Positions 11,850 to 25,580 of a stretch of DNA of 64,000 nt are shown here, in pieces. Made by a program: the position numbers and the translations under genes. The notes beneath the pieces are model-generated. The model ran no database searches and was not told where the DNA came from. It saw only the letters and a list, made by a program, of their open reading frames with translations. Source of the stretch: Octopus vulgaris (taxonomy: Eukaryota). The stretch is taken from NCBI GenBank assembly GCA_951406725.2, contig OX597821.1, forward strand, positions 61,690,001-61,754,000, in the 5' to 3' direction. Each line of letters opens with the position of its first letter. Position 1 is the first letter of the stretch.

Positions 11850-13280
11850 ACATCCAAAGTTTGGGGGAAGGAGCAGAAACCATATTCTTCGGATGTTATC
11901 GGCAACCGTTGAGTTTTATGTCGTCAATGTTCTCTTTCAATTGTTGCAATTCAACACCGACAGAGAAGACACGAGCAGCGAGCTGTTTGAGAGGACTATA
12001 TGATGGTTAGTGGGGGTGAAAGGTAGTGGGAGTGTTAGAAGATAAGGTAGATATTTGAAACACAGGTCTATTGTTCAGAGAGTAGACCGTGCCTGTTAGT
12101 AATTCAAAGTGAATTCCCTCAATCAAGTCCACCATGCCTTTCTACGCATGTTTGACTCCGTCCCAGACTTGAGAACAATACGCAATACTGGACCTCATTT
12201 GTGCTTTGTTGGGTGTCATCAACTTTTGGAGATTGCATATCTTAATGATCCTTAAAGGAAGGTCCAGTCTTGAGGATGCAGTTCTGTTTATGTTAGGGAT
12301 GCGGTCGGCCAGGAGGAACCCTTGGTAATTGCAATGGTCAGAGTCCAGCTGAAAGCTGCTTTGTTGAGAAAGATCTGATACCATATTTTTGTTGATATTA
12401 AAATTTGAAGATTTTTAAGGGTTTGGCCCCAAAAGAGTGATACTCCCAATGTATCTATTCACAGAACTTATACTGGTTTGTATGTAGCCTCTGATTGTAA
12501 GAATCAAAGCATGGTTGGGGAACGTTTATTAATAATGAAAGTTAGAAATAATTTGCATAGGAGTAGGCATTATATGAATCAGCATTCAGGAACTCATTCT
12601 TTTATAGGAGAGAATGGATGACACTCAATTTGAGTCAAAATGGCAGATAAAGTGGTCCGTTAAAACATTCATTGATGGTCAATCTGGTAGGAAACTACTG
12701 ATCTAAGAAATGAGAAATAGTACGCAGAACTTTGATAGATTCGTAGGTAACGCGCAGTGAGAACCAATGTTTACTTCTTGTGCTAGAATGCTGCCTTCGC
12801 TAAACTCTCTCATGAGCGAAATTGGCGTGTCACATAGGCGTGGTTACATTTGCATGTTAGTCTTAGAGTATGTACCTCTATGTAAGCCATGTCGGTAGGG
12901 TTTGTGTAAAAGATGAAAGAATGAGAAACGGAACGACTGAGAGAAATTCGAGCTGTTGAAAAACGTCATTGTTAATGGCTGTAATCATTAACATAGAAAC
13001 ACACATACACACACAAAGGAAAAATGACGTAAATGAAATAGAACGATGCTTGGCTGGGTCATAAGTGTTGGCATTCTTTCGAATGGGACACACTGTGGAG
13101 TGATTCCATATGTTAAGGAATATTTTATGACGGAGTGAAGAATTAAAAGCTTCCCTGCGTATGGCCGTAATTTTTTGGGCGCAACGATTGCGTATAATGA
13201 ATACAATTGAAGAGAGAGTTCACACCGTTAGCTTCATTGCTCCTTTGATACAACTAACGAGGTCGTTTAGCGTGCCGTAT
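11850..13280 (-). mobile_element. Old degraded CR1/Crack-group LINE RT fragment
   Basis: CPIRKNANTYDPAKHRSISFTS (RT N-terminus); KAQMRSSIAYCSQVWDG (typical KAQIRPxMEYCSHIWxG). Confidence 0.8.
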
Positions 13281-13309
13281 TTATATGTAAGATAGAAAGG
13301 TAGATGGGT

Positions 13310-13745
13310 GTATAGTTGGAGGAACTCGCAAAGTATGAAGTGCTTCTATGGAAAAAGGATGTGGAGGTGATGGTAATTCAAGGAAATCACATTAAAATCT
13401 TATCTTCAAGTTGCAACCTCATCTCCAGATATATAAATGCATGCATAGTCATACACCCACAATCACCTAAACACCTGCACACACAATTATTCTCTCTCTT
13501 AGACACGAACACGCATACACCCACACACAAACACACACACACCCACACACATATATGACACTTTAAGAAGCTGATAAATGGAAATAAATAATGGTTCATA
13601 GGCGCAGGAATGGCTATGTGGTAAGTAGCTTGCTTATCCACCACATGCTTCTGAGTTCAGTCTCATTGCGTGGCACCTTGGGCTGACCAAAGCATTGTGA
13701 GTGGATCTAGTAAACAGAAACTGAAAAAAACCCGTCGTATATATA

Positions 13746-13808
<63 letters not shown>

Positions 13809-14670
13809 TTGCCCCTCGCCAACATCGTTTGACAACCGACGCTGGTATGTTTACGTCCCTGTAACCTAGCGGTTCGGCTTAAGAGACCGAGAGAATAAGT
13901 ACTAGGCACACAAAGAATAAGTCCTGGGGGCGATTTGCTCGACTAACGGCGGTACTCTAGCATGGCCACAGTCAAAGGACTGAAACAAGTAAAAGAGTAA
14001 AAGAGATATTGTTATAGAAGATGAGCTATTATTTAGTTTCATTTAAATTTCAGCAACTTTTAAAGAGCAATACTATAAAAGCAAACATATATATTCGTAA
14101 TTCACCATTACTGTAAATGAACAGAAAGAGATTTCCTCATTTTCTAGCTTGCACAGATAGCTATGGCTTCTAATTTAAATCGTCACCTGATTATGATATA
14201 GTGGCATCACTACCGTCCGATGAAAGATGGGTGCGTGATCTGCTTCCCGTAAATTGTTCTGTCAACGTTTTTTTTTCGTGACGATTAGGTTTTATTCTTC
14301 ATATTATGAGATATTTGAAGCTACATTTGAATTTGATTTGGTCGTTAAAATCTTGTATCAAAGTATCTCAAAACTTCATGCAAATCAAGTCACACAGATT
14401 GGAACAGATTAACGGACACAAACTCACTCACATTCACACAAATACACATATAAATCATGTCCTTATAGTAAACAGCGGATAATTGTTTGGCGAGCAACGC
14501 TTCTTGTTGCCTTTCTAATTTACGTTGAATTGTAATAAGTAAGCTTATAACCTCTTTAACGTCAAATGAAAGGCAGAATCTTTAGAAGAAGCAATTGGTT
14601 AGTGTTCTCCATAATTAGTTAAACATGGGCAATGTTTAATGGCAAGATCTAAACTGGAAATAAACAATCT
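13310..14670 (+). pseudogene. LRR relic segment (split by a SINE)
   Basis: VEVMVIQGNHIKILSSS; IVASLPSDERWVRDLLPVNCSVN (14198); LSNLR*IVISKLITSL (14511). Confidence 0.65.
13601..14005 (+). mobile_element. SINE family A, full length
   Basis: ggcgcaggaatggctatgtggtaag head, internal (TA)n(TG)n, gactgaaacaagtaaaagag tail. Confidence 0.92.
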
Positions 14671-14672
<2 letters not shown>

Positions 14673-14725
<53 letters not shown>

Positions 14726-14752
14726 TAATAATAATAATAATAATGATAATAA
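14673..14752 (+). repeat. (AAT)n microsatellite
   Basis: Direct reading. Confidence 0.95.
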
Positions 14753-14780
14753 TACTAACGTAGGGGATCAAGTGAAATCT

Positions 14781-15785
14781 ACACTAACTGGGCAAAATAT
14801 CGAAAACATTACTTTTTCAGTATTATATTTTTCTATTGGCACTATGTTAAAATCGAATCAAGTCTGTATATTTTTATTCATGCGTCATGATATACTCCTT
14901 TGTATTATTTCATTTACTTTGCATATATATTTATACTTAAATTAGCTATACTGTTGCACCAAGTGAGTTTTAAATAGGAGACATTACTGGAGAATGGTAG
15001 TTGCTGCAGACACAGAAACTGCAGGATTGTTTAGTTTTTCATGTTCTAAAAGTATGGTGGCATTAGAAAACGAAGTCGACACCAGCTCTGGCAAGCATGA
15101 TTCAAAAGCTTATAGAATGGGAATATTGAACCATGCAACACATTGTCTAAAAGTTGTTGAACTACTGTTGCAAAAGCGATGGCAGCAGTAAACCATCTAC
15201 TTGCTATGTTTGTGCCAGCTAAAACCGTTCGCTCTAGATTGCAAAAACTAGATACCATGGAAGTACCGAAATTGCAAAAACTCTCCTATTTCCAAGCAAC
15301 ATTAGTAAGCAGAAATATTGTTTTAGGCTCTCAGTATTTGATAATTGCTCAATAGAAGTATGTCATTCTCTCCGATGAACGTGCGCAATGGAGGTGACTC
15401 TATGATGATCTGGGCAGCTATATTACAGAATTCTCATGGGCTTTTAGTCATTCTTAACGGCAGAGATAACGCCAAGAGTTGTCTATGTATTTGCATTGAT
15501 CTTGTCCAACGTATGGTACAAAAATTGTTCTCTGATGATATCGCATTTTATGGATTCTTTTCAAATTCCACTGTGAAGATCCACACAGTTAATGTAACTC
15601 AAAGTTAGTACGAAGTGCACTAAAGGAATTCAGATAATTAGATTATCCTTCATAACCATCGAATTTCAATATAGTCGAAAAATTATTGAGTATTTTGTAG
15701 GAGCAAATCGGAATTCATTTACCTCTGCCATCATCGCCAAAACAGTTAACGTATATTTTTTAGAGAAATCATCAAAATTACCCAC
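14781..15785 (+). mobile_element. Degraded Tc1-family transposon
   Basis: GGDSMMIWAAI..GLLVILNGR..LVQRMVQKLF, KIHTVNVTQS, PSNFNIVEKL match Tc1 DDE motifs; TA-CACT terminus at 14780. Confidence 0.75.
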
Positions 15786-15789
15786 GTAT

Positions 15790-16374
15790 TTGTGCTTTAC
15801 GTCAAAGAGGACCAATTTCGTATTAAATAATAAACCTGCAATTTAACGAGCCTTCTCCATTTTTTTTCCAAACCCTGTAATTTGTATAATATGCATTGTG
15901 TTGACAGCGTCACTTTGCGGTATTTATTGTAGATCTGCTGGTGTCTTCGACTGCCTCTCTGATCCCTCACGCTCCGTACCAAACGACGTACAAGAGTGCA
16001 ACGAGCATGTTTGATGATGAAGCGGCACCGCAGGAGCAGCTCACGTGCTTGTCGACCACCAGCCGTTGTCTGATGGTACAGATTTTCCACTTGACCACAA
16101 TAAGCTTTAAGCTATTGTTCTATGACTCTTCCGCCTTGTCGATCAGCCAGCATCTGACGTGTTTCCCGTGTCGCTGGCAAAAGAGGCTAAAGGCTCATTA
16201 TCACTTACATTATCACTTACCACCTTAGTCTACGAATTGAAGTGGGAACTTATTTACCTCTTTACGTCCGGCTACCGAAGAGTGGTGAACTACAAAATTT
16301 ACTTTTTTCAGCTTATCGTACTTCGATACGGGAAAACTTCACAACCTTTAATATATGTATATACATACATGTTG

Positions 16375-16460
<86 letters not shown>

Positions 16461-16536
16461 GTATATATGTATATATATGTACATGTATATATATGTATAT
16501 ATATATGTGTATATATATAAATACATACACATATAG

Positions 16537-16580
<44 letters not shown>

Positions 16581-18490
16581 ATATATATTTTATGTATATA
16601 TACATATATATATTTATGTATATATACATATATTTATGTATGTATATGTATGTGTGTGTATCTTTTCACTCGGCACACACAATTATCGCTGTGTACTTCT
16701 GTGTGCACGGTTGTACATCATCGATTTCATGAATTTGTATTGACTTGCAAATCGATTGACTTATACTGTTTATAATTGCTTTATGTTTTCTCATTACACT
16801 CAACAACATTTTGTGAATATACATCACTATTTTTGATTTCTTAATAATAAATATTTTGCATGATAATTCTAATATTCAACTGATATTTAGAAAGGATTGA
16901 AAGAACTGATATAAGCGCCAAATTTTTACTCAATTCCTAAATGAAATTTGAAAAGAAACGATAAATTCTTTCGCGTGTTTTAACGCTTTGAAAGGATCAT
17001 ATCTTGACAAGCATTAAATGCAATGTAATTGAATAAATTTTGAAAATATTATTTCAAACTCTCTTCTTTCATTTTTTTCTTTCATAAATATGAAAGAAAA
17101 TGGTGGGCTTCGCACCATTCAAACAAGAGATTTGGAAATAAATGTTAAAATTAAGACGTCAACATGACAGATATGATGAGTAGTATTGGAATTCTTTTAT
17201 AAACGTAACATATAGTTAATCTGAGTAGCGCTTACGTAATATTCGAGAACACAAAGATTTGAACTAATCATGTTTTACACGATTTAAAAGAAGAGGCAAC
17301 AGAATATATATATATACATATATATATAATATACACAATACGTTTCCTATTGTCATAGAATCATATTTATTTCATTCTGCAAAATTTGAATAGAGATTAT
17401 TTATAAAGAAACAACGGTGGAATTAGTGAAAGCCTAACATACCGAATAAATAAATCTAAAAATGCACCACAAATATGTTCTATTTATTAAACGCTGGAAA
17501 TATGATTATAACATGAAATTTTAAAACAATAACTAAATTATGCGCAGAAAACCCATACATAGACACATACAAATACTTATATGTATGTGCATATAAATAC
17601 TCATATATGCGTTTATATATGCATGTGCGTATGCATACTCATATACACACATACATTTAAATTCATGTATATCCTTTTACATACTATCTTCCTTAGATAA
17701 TCCGCTCTCCTATTATTCTGCTTACGGACGTCCATCTCGCTTTTTCAGACAGCTAAAACCATTGAAAACTCAACCAATAAGATATCCCAATTCATGATAT
17801 TGTATTCAAGAAAATAAGAACACTGAATTGGAACTGACAATCTTCTTCATCGGGAACCAAAGATGTATTCATTTATTTTTGTACAATGATACCATTTTAA
17901 CGCATTCGCACTTGATTCGCTTGCCGCATCCACTTTTCCGTCCTCCGTCATCTCTGCATCAATTTTCTTTTCATATCTCGTGTCCCCTAGCAACAGCTCC
18001 AATTAATTCGACAAGTGATGCTTCTTTTTAGTTACATGGTTTCTATTATTCAATTTCATAAGTTATTCGCCAACAGCACCTCCACAAATTTAATTTGTAT
18101 GACGGCCCCTGTTAAGAATACCATACATTTTCTATAAAATACATATTTCAGTAGGCGTTGCTCCCATAAAACGCATTGAACCTTCTTCACGCACCGCAAA
18201 TTCTTTGTACATGTTGTAGCTACCTTCCTAGCCAATATTTTGTGAATGTCTAGCATTCAAATGCCTTTATCAATATGCTTTTTATAACAACTGTAAAAAT
18301 CTATATTTGGATGTTATTATATAGAGTTCTTTCTTCTTTTGCAGATATTATCTTCATCGGCGACCATGCAATTTCGGTTCTTACTTCATTTTTTCCTTAT
18401 CATTGACGTGCTTTTCAGTCTGTTTTGCAGCTTCCTTATTTCGTTGATCTTCTCTGATGATATTAGAAATAAAAAGGTATAGCATCTGCA
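15790..18490 (+). pseudogene. LRR relic segment
   Basis: TCNLTSLLHFFSKPCNLYNMH; LTCFPVSLAK; LERIERTDISAKF; LIRLPHPLFRPPSSLHQF; RQQHLHKFNLYDG. Confidence 0.7.
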
Positions 18491-18499
18491 TAATCAATA

Positions 18500-18995
18500 T
18501 CAGAAGCATTTTTTTAGAAATCCCCAAACAAGGCGATAAACCACGTAATGTAACTAAGAAGAAGGAGAATTTAAGGTGAAAGGAATGAAATTACTTTAGA
18601 CTTGAAATAATTCCCGTCGTAAGAAGGAATAAAATAATAGGAAAGAAGAGAGTTCGAAAGCCTGGAAGTTCGCGAGTTCGTGATTTATGGAAGCACAACA
18701 GGATTTAAATGAAGATGCTGTGATTTTCAAGTCAGTTGAGATGGGAGAACGTGATTAGGAACTAAGGTAGTTCATCTGGACACATCCTGTACAACGACGT
18801 CAGGCCTATGTGACAAGGGGTGCAGAGTTGAAGCGAGAGAGGGACAAATCAAATTAGAGACTTTCTTCTCGACCTGGTCGTGGGTATCCAAGTGGCGTGC
18901 TGATGCATCTGCCCAGATATGACAACAGTATTCCATACAAGGATGTATTGTTCACTTATAAAAATTCAAAACAAGCCTCGAATATCAGGTGTTCC
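18500..18995 (-). mobile_element. CR1/Crack-group LINE 3' fragment
   Basis: Minus strand FYK*TIHPCMEYCCHIWADASARHLDTHDQVEKK..LASTLHPLSHR. Confidence 0.8.
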
Positions 18996-21818
18996 TTTGA
19001 CTTATATGATGCCCCACTCTTACAGGAAACGGACCTACCAACTGATTGTATGTAAGAACACCGACAAAAATCGGGTGAAAAAGTAAGACCAAGCAATAGT
19101 TGTAGAATGACGACTGATTTTTCAAGGAGCTATATGGAAATGCGATTCTCCTACATTTGATGTTGCAATTCTTATTGAAATCTCCAAGGCTATGCAAGAA
19201 AAGAAATGGTTCAGAAAACCAGCTTTTAGTATATCTGTCAAGACATCAAAGCGGTCTGCATTGTCATAATATTATGTAATGTGAACGGTGCTGTCTTTAT
19301 AGAGAATGTTCCTTGCATCTACAACAGTGCCCTAGATTCTATGCACATTCAGAGTGTGTATCATTTTGACTCGGCGAACTTAATCAAAGTTTTTACTGAA
19401 GTCTACAGATGATATCATTTATGTTTATAAATTTTATGTCCAGATATTTGAAACTTCCAATGCATATTAGTATTTCAAATGTTTACGATAACATCAGTCT
19501 TCCTGAAGGGAGAGGTAATAAGTGGTAAACTACTGCTACGGAGCTGTATATAATATCAAAGTTCTCCTTTCTTTAAGTTGTAAATTGTCTATTTTTCAAC
19601 CAAATATCCATTGTTGTTTGTTATGTCTCCTGACTTTATCTACTTTATAAGTAGCTTGAGATGCTTCATCCAAACCTTGCTTTACTGAGGATAGATTGCT
19701 ACTACTTTTGAAATATTTGCTATTCCACAATTCCTTATGCATTTACAATGTTACTGCAAATGAAGTTGATAAATATGACTTCATCTGAAACTTCTAATAT
19801 ATGTATATTAGTATATGTATTTCTCAGAGCTGCATTAGTTGCGTCTTCAAATCATAATGTGTCTATTTTTACCTAAATCCGTATGTATTCCCAACTTCAG
19901 CCTAAACGTTCATATCACAATTCTATGATCAGAGCCGACTGTATAAATGCATAACACCATTTCAAATGAAGCAATTGTTCTTTAAAAAATGCCTCAAACT
20001 AAGAAAAATCTATAATAAAATAAGATAAAAAGCGTTAATGCTATGAAAAATTTGAATGCAAAATGTTCTTATTGAACAGAATTCACGCTTTAGTCTGTAA
20101 TTCAGTGGCTTACAATTTGCTGAAATTAATGTTATTTAATGATAATGCATCCTAATCTCTAAAACGTTTGCTGAGGCTTACCATGGTTTATTTTTGTTAA
20201 ATTGTCCACATCAGTCCAGTATTATACATTTGAATGGGCGATTGATTGTAGTAGTAACAGAGAACTGCAGTGTGTTATAATTCGCTACTTTAAATGTATT
20301 TTTCTAGCTGAAGTACATGTGTTACATCATTGGCTGTTATTAGCAACTGCACACTATATTTTAACGTTCTAAAGATAAGCATTATTGAACAGAAGCAAAG
20401 CAAATGAAGTAATGCAATGCATTCCTTACCTAAATATTTTCCGATATTTGTTCAGATAATTCGTATAGCACTGCTAACCATATTATCTGGTAAAACTTAG
20501 AACTTTTCATTAAATTTCAAGAATTCTATTTATGTCCTTTTCCAATTCATAGCCGATCTGAAATTTCCGTTCAGCAATTGCTTAAAAGTCTTATAAATAC
20601 AGGTAGACGCAGCTGTCAAGCATTTACAAATATACCATTGTGTCTTAAGTGATTATTTTCTGGACATTAACTTCTTTAAATCACCGTGTTCTTGCAATTT
20701 TCAATAATTTCCATTGACCCTTTTGGTGATTCATTCTTATCAAAGAACAATTCTTCGAAAGAACTAAAATGATTCTAGTTACGCTGTGCTTTATGGAAAT
20801 CTCAAAAGAAATTGGTATCAATAGATGTTGTTAATGTCATTATCATAATTCCTCAGTGTCTAAGCCACCACTAAGACGTTATTTGGCTATCAGCCGCTGC
20901 GTACATCCCACAATATAAATCACAGACAGAAATTCAATAAGTTTATTCAATACAAGCGGCTTGTCAGAATTAGTGGTGAGATGTAATAAGTTAGGAAATA
21001 GGTAGCTATTTTCTCGAGATTTATACCTACCTTTACTTAACCGAATTAAAAGTTTGAAACGCCAGCATGACATTTAAATTATAACCTGTCTATATATTTA
21101 TTACTTTGGAGTAGATACTAATATTAGAAATTGGAATGAACTTTCAACAGTACGCATCTACGTATATTCGATTGGACAAATCATGAATTCAGAATGTACA
21201 CCTCACACACATACACACAGACACACACACACATGCAAACGCACGCACATACGGACACACACACACACACACACCAGAAGTATGCTTGAAATTTAAAATG
21301 CAGACTAAAGTTAGGAAATTCCCATAGCACACTTGATTTAGAATTTGCTTTAAGTGCGTTCGCTTTGGTTAAGGGAAAAGCGAAATGAAATTAACTGGGT
21401 ACAGTCGAAAATGTTTCAAACTCTCTATGTATGAGAACCATATTTTCTTTCCCCTTTTTTCTCTCCTGCTAAACCTGTCCTCCTGGTTAAAATGTAAGAT
21501 AAGGTAGCTGTTTATTGACTGCTTTTTTTACCTTATGCTAACGGCTTAGACGATACAGAAACAGCTTGTCAATAGTTATAGAGAAAAAACTGAAATATAA
21601 TTTGTGTACACAATAAGCTCTTGAATTTCTTACCTATAATGATACGAATAAGAATTTAAGAAAAACGATAACAGAAACTAAATAAATTTCCTATATTTCC
21701 CTTCCTTGAATAAAACATTGATAAATCAATAACGAAGCTGAGAAATAAAAAATGAGTTGACCAATAACAGTGAGAGTATGTCACCTGCACGATATCGGTT
21801 ATAGTTTATGATATAGTT

Positions 21819-21900
21819 CAGTGGTTCTGAGCCCGGGGTCTGTGGACCCCTGGTGGTCCACAAAGATAGTACCGGAGGTCCGTGAACTAAACTCAAAATT
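21819..21900 (+). mobile_element. hAT-type non-autonomous element end
   Basis: CAGTGGTTCT..CCCGGGGTC.GTGGACCCCTGG.GGTCCAC, a typical hAT MITE terminus. Confidence 0.5.
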
Positions 21901-21916
21901 TCATATAATACACATT

Positions 21917-22028
<112 letters not shown>

Positions 22029-22210
22029 CATGTGTATATGTTTCCCCTGTTTACAATTAACACAGACAAAAATAGATACTTATCAGGTTAACAAAAAATC
22101 ACACAAGTAAAAAGGGCGTAACTCCGGGTACATGTGAAATATTTTGTATAATAAACTTAAATAAATAAATGGAGTTAAACTTCTTACAATGCAACCACGG
22201 CTGCGCCTGC

Positions 22211-22284
<74 letters not shown>

Positions 22285-22285
22285 A

Positions 22286-22320
<35 letters not shown>

Positions 22321-22489
22321 ATGATATATACGTATGTATATAAACATGTGAAAAAGTTTGTGTGTATGTATATGTGTGTGTATGCGTGTGTGCAAGGCTT
22401 AGAATATTTAATCCATGAACTTGCTCTATCGGTCTCTTGTGCCCCAACACTAGTTTACGGAGATGTAAACAAATCAAAGCCAGTTGTGA

Positions 22490-22779
22490 AGCTGTTGTGG
22501 TGTCAGACACACACACGCACACACACACACACACAGACATATACCCACAAACACCTACACATGCACACACGGTCATATATATATATATACATACACACTC
22601 ACACATACATACACTCTCACCCACACACGCATACAGTCGTATATACTCACGCACACACACATATAAACGATGGGCTTCTTACAGTTTTCATCTGCAAAAT
22701 TTATTCCAAATAGCAAATGGGTCAATTTGTTACGCAGTGGACCTGAATCTGAAACCATGGATTTACAGCCACGGCTGCG

Positions 22780-22781
<2 letters not shown>
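22490..22781 (-). mobile_element. Degraded SINE family A
   Basis: gggcttcttacagttt..acgcagtgg..acagccacggctgcgcc. Confidence 0.6.
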
Positions 22782-22820
<39 letters not shown>

Positions 22821-24295
22821 ATAGAATGTAATCTTTACTTTAAAGAAATGTATATTGTACATATTTGTTAGATATTTAGATGCTCCATACGTGTCCTTAA
22901 TTTAAATTATGCAAATTTATATAAATCGAATTAATTTTGGTACAAATTGAACAGGTATGCTTTTCATCCAATATCATATACAACATAACATTGCGGTTAT
23001 AAAATCTAAATTTACTTGCTATAATCTGATGTTATACGCCATTGCCTTAGGTGTTTATTGCTAATATTGCACCTGTATTATACCGAAAGAAACAAATTTT
23101 TCACATACACAACCACTCATTTGAATAGTTTCTAGCTTTCTCTTATTTTCTCTGCAATTTTCACTTTTACTTTCTGAAAATAAGTAGATGAATAATATGA
23201 AATATTTATTAAATTTTCAGTAAGAAACGGTATCGTGTTTCTATACACAATAGGAGAAAAAAATATGCTAAGAAATTATAGTTGCGTTAGTAACATTAGT
23301 AAACATATTTTCACAGAAATAATTTAAGAAAATTTCTCTCTTTTTTTTTTTCTTTGAAGTTGATACTGAATTTCGTGTTTCACTTATCTACATTAATATG
23401 AATTTAATTATTAATGTTATCACTATGAAATTCAGTTCTGATTTTCAATTTGAAAAGTATTTCCTTTTTGTTATTAGTTAGAGCGCATTAAATTTGGAAA
23501 GTAAAACTTTCAAATATCAATACATTATTGCATAATACTGAATACTGACGTCTTTTGCATACACAAACTGAGTTTGATTACAGAGCAGTTACGCTAGCGA
23601 TTTAATGAATTAGCTGCTTTTAAATAATATTATAACTTCACTAAAACTGGTAAAGGCTTGCCTTGGCCAAAATTAATCATAAAGGAACTGTCATGAATTA
23701 TCCAGTATTTCAACTGCCGGGTGTAGTGGTTCAAATAGAGTAGAAGTGGAAAGGTTTGTTTTTACGGTCGAATATACAGGCATTCGAATGTACAACCGTT
23801 AGCAGTTATGCTTTCTTAAGGTTTTTGCGTGCTGTAGGTGATATAGTAGAGTGGTATATGAGCACAAGTTACCATCCCGAATGACGATGGGCTATTTGAC
23901 TGCATAGTTTTACATAAACTGTCTCTGAATAAAATATCATGTAAACATGCACGTACTCGTCGTGATGGACACTTCAACAAAGACAAAATGGAGTAGGGAG
24001 ATACAAATGTGGGAAACACAAAGACTATCATATTGAACGATATTATTGATGCAAATGTGTGGCATATAGAAGCGCCGATTCGGCCAAGACGTGAACTAAA
24101 TACACAGTGCTGTATTTTTGCTTAAATTCATCAAATAACTATTTGTAATATATACAGCGAACACTATAAGTGGTCGCTTAATTTGATAGGTATCACATCT
24201 AAATCATCTTCAATGGATAGGTTACCATCCCGAATTGCGAACGGACTCTTTGACTGTGTGGTTTGACATACGTTGTATCTCAGTATAAAATTATA

Positions 24296-25580
24296 TTAGG
24301 TTGGCAACTAAGTTACCGCCGTTTTTAAATTTTAATTTTTTAAAGGTTTAATAAAAAAAATAACTAATTAATCAATAATGTATTCACCCTTGTTGTGTAC
24401 CACCTCTTCCCAGCGTTCAACAATATTTTCAATACCTCGTTGCTAGAAATCCCCCGATTTCATCTCGAAAAGATGATCCAACCAAGCTCTCAATTCTTCA
24501 TAAGTATTGAACGAAACTCCGTGTATGGCATTTGAAAGAGATCGAAAGAGGTGGAAATCCGTTGTTGCCAAATCAGGAGAGTACGGCGGGTGTGGCAGCA
24601 CTTCCCAGCCATGCGTTTGAATGGCTTTCTTAGTCATATTGGCGATATGAGAGCGAGCGTTGTGCAGCAGAAGAAATCCATGCTGACGATTGGGTCTTTT
24701 ATCTTGAATAGCCGTGTTGAGTCGTTCCATCTGTTGAACATAGAGTTCTGCGTTGACCGTTTGGTTCCGTTCAAGCAATTCGTAATGGATAATCCCTTCC
24801 CAGTCCCACCATACGCACAACAACGTATTATGCGGATGAAGATCTTGATTCACACGTGGTGTCGCTTGTTTACCTGGGCTAAGCCATTCTTTACGCTGCT
24901 TAATATTGATGTACAGGCACTATTTTTCGTCGCCAATTATGATTCGGTGAAGAAATCGTTGCTTGTGTGCATGAGTTGAGCGGCGACGCGCAAGTAAACC
25001 AGCGGAGATTTGGTTTGTTGATTTTTGCTGTTGTCACTTAAAGCATGCGAACGGCATGCTGTATACTTCTGAAACTTTCTTATTGAGTGAAGATGCTTCT
25101 CTATAGCAGTGTAGAAGTATTCCATTTTCTGTGCCCTTCCCCTGTCGTTTGACGAGAATTTTCTTGCAAAAGTTGGTTTAATCGCTCTTCATCGAACTCA
25201 AATGGACGGCCAGAACGAAGTGCGTCTTTGAGGTCGAAATTTCCATTTTTTAAAGTTGCATACCAATCACGAGCGGTTCTTTCAGCTGTGGCAGCCTCTC
25301 CATACACAGCACAAATGTCACGAGCAGCTTTTGCGGCCTTAGAACCTTGATTAAAAGCAAAAAGAAGGAGGTGTCGAAAATGCTCGTTTTTCTTAACTTG
25401 ACATTCCATTTTAATGATCTGAAAATAAACAAACATTAACTAAAATTAACTAGAAAAAGCAAAAAATAAAATAAATGAATAAAATAGATTCCAAAATGAT
25501 TAAAAAATAGATTCCAAAATTTAAAAACGCAATAAATTCCAAAATTAAAAAAAACGGCGGAAACTTAGTTGCCAACCTAA
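24296..25580 (-). mobile_element. Full-length mariner (DD34D) element, 1285 bp
   Basis: TIR ttaggttggcaactaagtt(a/t)ccgccgttttt at both ends; TA target duplications at 24294-24295 and 25581-25582. Confidence 0.97.
24368..25409 (-). pseudogene. Mariner transposase, frameshifted
   Basis: MECQVKKNEHFRHLLLFAFNQG..RSGRP; GDEK*; LCVWWDWEGIIHYELL; LLHNAR (catalytic D lost); HPPYSPDLATTDFHLF; GEYIID*. Confidence 0.93.

Noticed and set aside
17880-17960. Minus-strand KSGCGKRIKCEC resembling a Cys-rich transposon tail
   Set aside because: Isolated; the + strand LRR reading (LIRLPHPLF) fits the context better.
19600-19870. Minus-strand FEDATNAALRNTY resembling a MULE transposase motif
   Set aside because: Short match only; the + strand gives LRR units continuous with both flanks.
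24190-24260. Minus-strand SPFAIRDGNLSIEDDLD resembling a cadherin repeat
   Set aside because: No DxNDN/LDRE motifs nearby; it is the antisense shadow of the LRR frame.
24368-25409. SETMAR-like host gene
   Set aside because: No SET domain; intact TIRs and TA duplication show a plain mariner insertion.
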